From assembly GCA_046339595.1 (NCBI GenBank), contig JBKDUF010000015.1, forward strand, positions 18,094 to 82,093: a stretch of 64,000 bases of DNA, given 5' to 3'. The notes beneath the pieces were generated by a model that was not told the origin of the DNA, did no database searches, and saw only the letters and a list, made by a program, of their open reading frames with translations. Both the position numbers and the translations under genes were made by a program. Positions within the stretch are counted from its first letter, which is position 1. Each line of letters opens with the position of its first letter. Below, in pieces: positions 10,119-17,065 of this stretch. The DNA is from Betaproteobacteria bacterium. Lineage in GTDB: Bacteria > Pseudomonadota > Gammaproteobacteria > Burkholderiales > SG8-41.

Positions 10119-11648
10119 ATGGCGTTTGATGCAAATCGCAGCGACCTGCGCGTGGGGGTCATCGGCACTGGCGCGATGGGGCGCGGCATCGTCCAGGTGT
10201 CCGCTGCCGGCGGCCTCTACGTGACGATGATGGATACCCGCCCGGGTGCGGCGGAGGAGGCCCGCGATTTTGTTGCCAAGATGCTGGCGCGCGCGGCGGA
10301 GAAGGGCAGCATGACCCAGGCCGAGGCCGATGCGGCGGTGTCGCGGATCCGGGTCGCGCAGTCACTGGCCGATTTCAAGGACTGTCACATGGTGGTCGAG
10401 GCCATTGTCGAAAACCTCGACGCCAAGCGCGCCCTGTTTGCCGATCTTGAAGGCAATGTTGCACCGGACTGCATCCTCGCCACCAATACGTCCTCGATGT
10501 CGGTGACCACCATCGCTGCCAAGCTGAAGACCCCGCAGCGATTCGCCGGGCTGCATTTCTTCAACCCGGTACCCTTGATGAAATTGGTCGAGGTCATCGA
10601 CGGCCTGCTCACCGAGAACTGGGTTTCCGAAGCGCTGATGGTGATCGGTAAACGCATGACGCGCGAGCCGGTGCGCCTGACTGATGCGCCGGGCTTCCTG
10701 GTCAACCAGGTCGGCCGCGGCTTCACGCTGGAGGCCTCGCACCTGGTATACGAGGGCGTGGCCTCCTTTGCCGACGTCGACCGCGTGATGCGGGACGTCG
10801 GCGGCTTTCGCATGGGCCCGTTCGAGTTGATGGAACTGACCGGCCTCGACGTGACCCAGCCGGCCTCGGCGCTGATCTACAACCAGTTTTTCCAGGAGCC
10901 GCGCTACCGCCCGAGCACGATCATGCAGGCGCGCTACGAGGCCGGGGTGCTGGGCCGCAAGAGCAAGAAGGGCTTCTACAACTACGATGCTGAAATGAAG
11001 CCGATCGTCGCGCCGGAGCCGCCGGCACCGGCAGCAAAACCGAAAAGCGTCTGGTTGAGCAAGGCAGAACCGGCCGGCCACGATGCGTTGGTTGCGCTGC
11101 TGAACAAGCTCGGCGCCAGCATCGAGAGCAGTGCCCGGCCTTCCGCCGAGGCGCTGATCCTGGTCACTCCGGTGGGCAAGGACGCGACCACCAGCGCGGT
11201 GGAGGAGGGGCTGGACCCGAAACGCACCGTGGCCGTGGACACGCTGTTCCCGATGGTCAAGCGACGCACCATCATGGGCACGCCGCAGACCGATGCGAAG
11301 ATGAAAGAGGCTGCACACGGACTGCTCGCCTCCGACGGCGTGCCGGTGACTGTCTGCCGCGACAGCCCGGGCTTCATCGCCCAGCGCATCGTCGCGATGA
11401 TCGTCAACATCGGCTGCTCGATCGCGCAAAGCCGCACCGCACAGCCCGCCGACATCGACAAGGCGGTGACCCTGGGGCTGAACTACCCCCACGGCCCGCT
11501 GAAATTCGGCGACACCGTCGGCGTTGAGCGCATCCACCGCGTACTCGCCAACATGAATGCGATCTACGCCGATCCGCGTTACCGCCCCACCATCTGGATG
11601 CGCCGCCGTGCGCAGCTGGGCGTGTCGCTGCTGACCCCCGAACCCTGA
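10119..11648 (+). CDS. 3-hydroxyacyl-CoA dehydrogenase (NAD-binding, extended C-terminal domains)
   Basis: It has the N-terminal Rossmann motif VGVIGTGAMGRG and the HFFNPVPLMKLVE block typical of 3-hydroxyacyl/3-hydroxybutyryl-CoA dehydrogenases. Length is 509 aa. Confidence 0.85.
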   Translation: MAFDANRSDLRVGVIGTGAMGRGIVQVSAAGGLYVTMMDTRPGAAEEARDFVAKMLARAAEKGSMTQAEADAAVSRIRVAQSLADFKDCHMVVEAIVENLDAKRALFADLEGNVAPDCILATNTSSMSVTTIAAKLKTPQRFAGLHFFNPVPLMKLVEVIDGLLTENWVSEALMVIGKRMTREPVRLTDAPGFLVNQVGRGFTLEASHLVYEGVASFADVDRVMRDVGGFRMGPFELMELTGLDVTQPASALIYNQFFQEPRYRPSTIMQARYEAGVLGRKSKKGFYNYDAEMKPIVAPEPPAPAAKPKSVWLSKAEPAGHDALVALLNKLGASIESSARPSAEALILVTPVGKDATTSAVEEGLDPKRTVAVDTLFPMVKRRTIMGTPQTDAKMKEAAHGLLASDGVPVTVCRDSPGFIAQRIVAMIVNIGCSIAQSRTAQPADIDKAVTLGLNYPHGPLKFGDTVGVERIHRVLANMNAIYADPRYRPTIWMRRRAQLGVSLLTPEP

Positions 11649-11676
11649 ACGAAACGACCGGATAAAGGAAACCACC

Positions 11677-12879
11677 ATGCTTGACGCCTATCTCTACGAA
11701 GGCCTGCGCACTCCCTTCGGCCGCCATGCCGGCGCGCTGGCCAGGGTCCGCCCCGACGACCTGCTTGCCGATGTCATGAAAACCCTGATGGTGAAATCGA
11801 AATTCAAGGTTGACCAGGTCGAGGATATCGTCGTCGGCTGCGCCAACCAGGGCGGTGAAGACAGCCGCTGCGTCGCCCGTCACGCCGGCCTTGCCGCAGG
11901 TTTCCCGATCGAGATCCCGGGCACCGTCCTGCAGCGGAACTGCGCCAGCGGCCTGGGCGCCATTGCCCACGCCGCGCATTCGATCACCGCCGGCGAGGGC
12001 GATGTGTTCATCGTTGGCGGTGTCGAGAGCATGAGCCGCTCACCGATCGTGATCAGCCGTTCCGAGTCGGCCTACGACCGCGGCATCAAGATGTTCGACA
12101 GCACCATCGGCCCGCGCTTCTCCAATCCCAAGCTCGACAAGCAGTTCGGCAACCACCAGATGCCCCAGACTGCGGACAACATGGCGCGGGAACTGGGCAT
12201 CACGCGCGAGCAGGCCGACACCTTCGCTCTGGCCTCTCAGCAGAAATTCGCCACCGCCAAGGGTGAGGGATTTTTTGCCGGCGAGATCGCCCCGGTGGAA
12301 ATGCCGGCCGGGCGCAAGGGCCCGGTGCCGCCAGTGGCCGAGGACGAGCATCCGCGCCCGGGCACCGACATGGCCGCGCTGGCCAAGATGAAGGTGCTCT
12401 ACGAGGGTGGGGTCACCACCGCCGGCAATGCCTCGGGCGTCAATGACGGCGCGGTGGCACTGGTGTTGGGCTCGCGTGCTGCCGGCGAAAAGGCCGGTGC
12501 CAAGCCGATGGCGCGGGTCATCGCCACTGCTGCGATGGGTGTGCGCCCCGACATCATGGGCTACGGCCCGGTGCCGGCCTCGCAGAAGGCTCTGGCCCGC
12601 GCCGGTCTCAGCATCAAGGACATGGACATCATCGAGATCAACGAAGCCTTCGCCGCACAGGTGCTGGGCTGCCTGAAAGGTCTGGGCGTGTCCTTCGACG
12701 ACTCGCGTGTCAATCCCAATGGCGGCGCGATTGCAGTCGGCCATCCGCTCGGGGCTTCCGGTGCCCGCATCGCGCTGACTGCCGCCCGCCAGCTGCAGCG
12801 TATCGGCGGCAAATATGCCCTGGTGTCGCTGTGCATCGGCGGCGGGCAGGGGCTGGCTGTGGTGCTGGAGCGAGTCTAG
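11677..12879 (+). CDS. Acetyl-CoA C-acyltransferase (thiolase)
   Basis: 400 aa with the nucleophile block NCASGLGA, plus NEAFAAQ, GHPLGASGAR and the C-terminal CIGGGQG. Confidence 0.9.
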   Translation: MLDAYLYEGLRTPFGRHAGALARVRPDDLLADVMKTLMVKSKFKVDQVEDIVVGCANQGGEDSRCVARHAGLAAGFPIEIPGTVLQRNCASGLGAIAHAAHSITAGEGDVFIVGGVESMSRSPIVISRSESAYDRGIKMFDSTIGPRFSNPKLDKQFGNHQMPQTADNMARELGITREQADTFALASQQKFATAKGEGFFAGEIAPVEMPAGRKGPVPPVAEDEHPRPGTDMAALAKMKVLYEGGVTTAGNASGVNDGAVALVLGSRAAGEKAGAKPMARVIATAAMGVRPDIMGYGPVPASQKALARAGLSIKDMDIIEINEAFAAQVLGCLKGLGVSFDDSRVNPNGGAIAVGHPLGASGARIALTAARQLQRIGGKYALVSLCIGGGQGLAVVLERV

Positions 12880-13070
12880 GACTAAAGGCAGAGGGGGGCG
12901 GGCGGCGTCCAGCCCTTCTTCCGGCGATATGATTTTTCCCACTGTTGCGCCGCACAAATTTCGTGTTTAATCAAGTCCGTTGACTGGCAAACTTCTCATT
13001 TTGTTAGATTTGTGTGCCCGCGACAGGCGCGGCAAACTGATGGCCTGCTTCTAACAGGGGCGGCCGGGAG

Positions 13071-13451
13071 ATGCGCTTGAGTGACCAGGAAACAGTTGCG
13101 GCGTTGAAGCGGGGAACACCGTTGACACCGCAGCGATTGATCGAGATGCGCTCTAAGGGCATGCACACCGTGCGCTTCGAGTTCATCGTCCGCCTTCTGC
13201 GTCTCAATACCCAGATCATCACGCTGTCGATCTACTGGGAGGACGGTCGCGAATTCATGCAGGTGCCGACCGTGCAGAATACACAGCGCAAGCTGGTATA
13301 TGCCAGTGAACCGCGTGTTGCGGGACTGTTCGACGACCTGTCGCTGTTGTGCTATCCCCTCGACCCTGATGCGAAAACCAGGGTTGACGCCGAGCTTGAT
13401 CGCATGGTCAAGGCCATCGGCGATTACGACAGTCGCATCGCCGAACCCTAG
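13071..13451 (+). CDS. Hypothetical protein (126 aa, no recognisable motif)
   Basis: This is the only long ORF in a 660-nt gap. It is visibly less GC-rich than its neighbours, and a GGGAG motif lies just upstream of the ATG. I recognise no family. Confidence 0.4.
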   Translation: MRLSDQETVAALKRGTPLTPQRLIEMRSKGMHTVRFEFIVRLLRLNTQIITLSIYWEDGREFMQVPTVQNTQRKLVYASEPRVAGLFDDLSLLCYPLDPDAKTRVDAELDRMVKAIGDYDSRIAEP

Positions 13452-13485
13452 ACTCCAGCCACGCCGCCTGGGCTTGGCAGGCCGG

Positions 13486-13515
13486 TTGCGATGCCTCAGC
13501 AAAATCGCTTATAAT
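13486..13515 (+). promoter_or_regulatory. Putative sigma70 promoter of the tRNA-Gly cluster
   Basis: TTGCGA (13486-13491), an 18-nt spacer, then TATAAT (13510-13515). It lies 24 nt upstream of tRNA-Gly. Confidence 0.45.
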
Positions 13516-13538
13516 CCGCGACCGATCAAGCAGTCCAC

Positions 13539-13614
13539 GCGGGAATAGCTCAGTTGGTAGAGCGCAACCTTGCCAAGGTTGAGGTCGGGAGTTCGAGACT
13601 CCTTTCCCGCTCCA
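13539..13614 (+). tRNA. tRNA-Gly (anticodon GCC)
   Basis: GCGGGAATAGCTCAGTTGGTAGAGC...TTCGAGACT...TTCCCGCTCCA. Acceptor stem GCGGGAA/TTCCCGC, anticodon loop CTTGCCAAG, encoded CCA end. Confidence 0.95.
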
Positions 13615-13621
13615 GATCTCC

Positions 13622-13662
13622 GGGGAAAACGGTTGGATTCCAACCAGCCGTTTTCCCCTTTT
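13622..13662 (+). terminator. Hairpin plus T-run between tRNA-Gly and tRNA-Cys (terminator-like or processing structure)
   Basis: An 11-bp perfect stem ggggaaaacgg/ccgttttcccc (13622-13632 / 13648-13658), with an inner ttgg/ccaa extension, is followed by TTTT. Confidence 0.5.
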
Positions 13663-13671
13663 AGCTGCAGC

Positions 13672-13745
13672 GGCGGGGTGGCAGAGTGGTTATGCAGCGG
13701 CCTGCAAAGCCGTGTACGCCGGTTCGATTCCGACCCCCGCCTCCA
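13672..13745 (+). tRNA. tRNA-Cys (anticodon GCA)
   Basis: GGCGGGGTGGCAGAGTGGTTATGC...CCTGCAAAGCC...GGTTCGATTCCGACCCCCGCCTCCA. Acceptor stem GGCGGGG/CCCCGCC, anticodon GCA. Confidence 0.95.
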
Positions 13746-13812
13746 GTGACGCCCATCCCTCGATACCCGTTCACTCCCGGCAGCCCTTCGCGGTTATGCT
13801 CATGGCTGCCGC

Positions 13813-13897
13813 GGGCGAGTGGTGAAATTGGTAGACACAAGGGACTTAAAATCCCTCGGCGCAAGCCATACCGGTTCGAGTCCGGTCTCGCCCACCA
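13813..13897 (+). tRNA. tRNA-Leu (anticodon TAA), class II with long variable arm
   Basis: GGGCGAGTGGTGAAATTGGTAGACAC...GACTTAAAATCC...GGTTCGAGTCCGGTCTCGCCCACCA. Acceptor stem GGGCGAG/CTCGCCC. Confidence 0.95.
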
Positions 13898-13911
13898 CTA
13901 CAATATCGACC

Positions 13912-14370
13912 ATGATCGTATTTGACCTCGGTTGCGACAACGCACACTGTTTTGAAGGCTGGTTCTCTTCCGCTGAGGATTTCGAGCGCCAGCTCGGGCA
14001 GCATCTTTTGAGCTGCCCGATCTGTGCCAGCACCGCAATCCGCCGCCTGCCCAGCGCGGCGCGGCTGAATACCGGTAAAGGCGGGCGCGAGGCTGCGGCC
14101 GGTGCCGCACAGGCGCAGGATGCGGCAACGGGCCAGTACGCGAATTTCGATGCGGAACTGATGCAGAAGCTGATTTCCCGCATCGTGGAGAATACCGAGG
14201 ATGTCGGCCGTGCCTTCGCCGAGGAAGCGCGGAAAATCCATTACCAGGAAGCGCCGGAACGCCATATCCGCGGCATTGCCGGGCCGCAGGAGGTCGAGGC
14301 GCTGCGTGAGGAGGGAATCGATGTCGTCGCCCTGCCGGTGCTGCCGCATCTCACCGGGAACACCCACTAA
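13912..14370 (+). CDS. DUF1178 family protein
   Basis: ORF 13819..14370 overlaps tRNA-Leu, so the start is moved to the ATG at 13912. The N-terminus MIVFDLGCDNAHCFEGWFSSAEDFERQL...CPICAS matches my recollection of the DUF1178 zinc-ribbon-like signature. Confidence 0.7.
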   Translation: MIVFDLGCDNAHCFEGWFSSAEDFERQLGQHLLSCPICASTAIRRLPSAARLNTGKGGREAAAGAAQAQDAATGQYANFDAELMQKLISRIVENTEDVGRAFAEEARKIHYQEAPERHIRGIAGPQEVEALREEGIDVVALPVLPHLTGNTH

Positions 14371-14391
14371 AACCCCTCCGGTTTCCGGGCG

Positions 14392-16287
14392 ATGAGCGAC
14401 GCTTCGGCGCCGGTCGTTGCCGGCATCCTGCGGTTCCTGCGCGCCCACGCGCCGTTCTCGCGCATGGCGGACGGCGATCTGGAATGGCTGGCGCGCCGCC
14501 TCGAACTCGGCTATCACCCCAGGGACAGTGTCGTGCTTGACCCTGCCCGGGGCGTGCCTTCCTGCCTCTTCATCGTGCAGCGCGGCGCGGTCTGCCACCG
14601 TCCCTTCGGGGCCGAGCACAGCGGCTCAGACCAGGCGGTGGTACGCGGCCCGGGTGAATGTTTTTCGGTCAGCGCGCTGCTGGAGTCGCGTCCGGTGATC
14701 ACGCCTTATGTTGCGGTTGCCGACACCTTCACCTACGAGCTTTCCGCCGCCGATTTCAGCGAACTGCTCGGCCGCAGCGCACCGCTGCGCGAGTTCGCAA
14801 CAGGATTCCTGAGCAGCATGCTCGAGGAATCGCGGCGGCTGCTCAAGCTCCATCACAGCGCCGCTGCGGCCGAGCAGCAGACGATGAGCCGTTCGCTGCG
14901 CAGTCTCATCACTCGCGAGCCGGTCAGTTGCGGCCCCGACACCCCGATCGCGGAGGTTCTGCGCTCGATGCAGTCGCGCAAGATCGGCTCGATGCTGGTG
15001 GTGGACGAGGCCTGGCAACCGCTCGGGATTTTCACGCGCCACGATGTGCTGGATCGCATTGCGCTCGCCGGATGCCCGCTGGCGACGCCCATCAGTACGG
15101 TGATGACGCCCGATCCGCTGACCTTGCCGGCAGAATCCAGTGCCTACGAGGCGGCGCTGCTGATCTCCGACCGCGGCATTCGCCACATTCCCGTCATTGA
15201 TGGCGGGCGTGTCACAGGCGTCGTGACCGAGCGAGACCTGTTCGCGCTGCAGCGGGTCAGCTTGCGCGCAATCCATCGCACGATTGCGGCGGCCGGCGGC
15301 ATCGAGGTACTGCGCGAGGCATCAGGCGATATACGCCGCCTTGCGCGGGTGATGCTGGGGCAGGGGGTTTCGGCGCAGCACCTGACCATGATCGTGTCCA
15401 CCCTCAACGATGCCCTGACACGCCGCCTGATCGAGCTCGAGCTGCCGCGGCACGGCCTGCATGGCCTGCGCTGGAGCTGGCTGGCCTTCGGCAGCGAGGG
15501 CCGGCTGGAGCAGACCATCAGCACGGATCAGGACAACGGTCTGGTCTTCGACAGCAGCGATGCGGACGCCGACGCGGTGCGCACCCGCATGCTGCCTTTC
15601 GCCCGCGCGGTCAATGCCGCGCTGGATGCCTGCGGTTTTCCGTTGTGCAAGGGCAACATCATGGCCGGCAATGCCGACTGGTGCCTGTCACTGGAAGAGT
15701 GGCGGCGGATGTTCTCGGGCTGGGTTGCCAACACCGATCCGCGGGCCGTACTGGGTGCGGTGATTTTCTTTGATCTGCGCCACCTGCACGGCGATGCCGG
15801 ACTGGCCGAAACCCTGCGCGGCCATGTCAACGCCTTGTGCCATGGCAATGCGCGATTCCGGCGCGAACTGGCCCGCGAAGCCCTGCGCGCACGGCCACCC
15901 CTGGGCTTGATCAGCGATTTCATTACCGAGGAAGAAGGGCCGCAGGCCGGCACCCTGGATCTGAAGTCTTCGGGATCCAGGCTCTTCACGGATGCCGCCC
16001 GGGTGATGGCCCTGGCCGCCAATGTCTCGCAGACCAATACCGTGGACCGGTTGCGCCAGTCGGGATCGGCGCTGGGCGTACCGCCCGCGGAAACCGAGTC
16101 CTTTGCCGAAGCCTTCCATTTCCTGCAGACCCTGCGCCTGCGCAGCCAGATCGGCAGCGGGACGGGGTCCGGCCCGAACCGGATTGCACCGGCGCAGCTG
16201 AACGAGGTGGATCGACGCATCCTCAAGGAAAGTCTGCGCCAGGCACGCAAGCTTCAGGTGCGGCTGGCCCTCGACTACGGCCTGTAG
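14392..16287 (+). CDS. DUF294-type putative nucleotidyltransferase with N-terminal cyclic-nucleotide-binding domain and a CBS pair
   Basis: 631 aa. It starts with a cNMP-binding-like region (FIVQRGAV...GPGECFS), followed by two CBS modules (PVSCGPDTPIAEVLRSM...VVDE; VMTPDPLTL...IRHIPVID). The nucleotidyltransferase (NTase) core is FGSEGRLEQTISTDQDNGLVF (GS...DxD), followed by a DUF294_C-like helical tail. Confidence 0.8.
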   Translation: MSDASAPVVAGILRFLRAHAPFSRMADGDLEWLARRLELGYHPRDSVVLDPARGVPSCLFIVQRGAVCHRPFGAEHSGSDQAVVRGPGECFSVSALLESRPVITPYVAVADTFTYELSAADFSELLGRSAPLREFATGFLSSMLEESRRLLKLHHSAAAAEQQTMSRSLRSLITREPVSCGPDTPIAEVLRSMQSRKIGSMLVVDEAWQPLGIFTRHDVLDRIALAGCPLATPISTVMTPDPLTLPAESSAYEAALLISDRGIRHIPVIDGGRVTGVVTERDLFALQRVSLRAIHRTIAAAGGIEVLREASGDIRRLARVMLGQGVSAQHLTMIVSTLNDALTRRLIELELPRHGLHGLRWSWLAFGSEGRLEQTISTDQDNGLVFDSSDADADAVRTRMLPFARAVNAALDACGFPLCKGNIMAGNADWCLSLEEWRRMFSGWVANTDPRAVLGAVIFFDLRHLHGDAGLAETLRGHVNALCHGNARFRRELAREALRARPPLGLISDFITEEEGPQAGTLDLKSSGSRLFTDAARVMALAANVSQTNTVDRLRQSGSALGVPPAETESFAEAFHFLQTLRLRSQIGSGTGSGPNRIAPAQLNEVDRRILKESLRQARKLQVRLALDYGL

Positions 16288-16300
16288 TGGAGCCCTGCGC

Positions 16301-16999
16301 TTGAACTGGCTGACGAGGCTGTGGCGGCGCCCGCGTCTGGATGAGCGGCAGCGCGAGGCACTGGCGGCATACCATGCACTGCCGCGGGTCTCCTCCGGCG
16401 CAGACCTGGCTGAACTGCGCATCGTGGTGGTGGATGTCGAAACGACCGGGCTGGATCCCCTCAACGACCGCCTGCTCTCGATCGGCTCCGTCGATCTGCG
16501 CGCAGGAAAACTGCTGCCGGCATCGGCTTTTTCGGTGGTGCTGCGGCAACCCAGCGTCAGCGAAACCGGCAACATCCTGATTCACGGCATCGGCGGCAGC
16601 ACCCAGCTCTCCGGATGTGACCCGGCGCAGGCGCTGCTCGATTTCCTTTCACACGCCGGCAGCGCGCCATTGGCGGGATACCATGCCGATTTCGACCGCA
16701 TGATGATCGGGCGCGCGGCCGAAAGCCTGCTCGGAACTACACTGCACAACCCCTGGCTGGATCTGGCCTGGCTGGCGCCGGCGCTGCTGCCCAAGCCCCC
16801 CGGCAAGCACGCCAGCCTGGACGACTGGACCACCCGCTACGGTATTGCCAATGAAAGCCGCCACGATGCCGTTGCCGATGCCGCCGTGACCGCGCAGCTT
16901 TTCCAGGTTGCAATGGCTGACGCCGCTGGGAAGGGAATGCACAGTCTGGATGACTGGCTGAAGCTGGAGCGGGACCAGCGCTGGCTGGGCCGAAGCTGA
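16301..16999 (+). CDS. DEDDh 3'-5' exonuclease (DnaQ/epsilon-like)
   Basis: TTG start 14 nt after the DUF294 stop. The three Exo motifs are present: VVVDVETTGLD, GYHADFD and SRHDAVADA. Confidence 0.8.
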   Translation: MNWLTRLWRRPRLDERQREALAAYHALPRVSSGADLAELRIVVVDVETTGLDPLNDRLLSIGSVDLRAGKLLPASAFSVVLRQPSVSETGNILIHGIGGSTQLSGCDPAQALLDFLSHAGSAPLAGYHADFDRMMIGRAAESLLGTTLHNPWLDLAWLAPALLPKPPGKHASLDDWTTRYGIANESRHDAVADAAVTAQLFQVAMADAAGKGMHSLDDWLKLERDQRWLGRS

Positions 17000-17065
17000 A
17001 CGGATTGCTCACTGAACTGCCGCCTCTGAAGAAAGGCCTCCGATGACCGCAACAACGGACTCCCG

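Noticed and set aside
13819-13911. N-terminal extension of the DUF1178 ORF, which starts at GTG 13819.
   Set aside because: The extension overlaps tRNA-Leu (13813..13897) and merely translates the tRNA sequence. The conserved DUF1178 N-terminus begins at the ATG at 13912.
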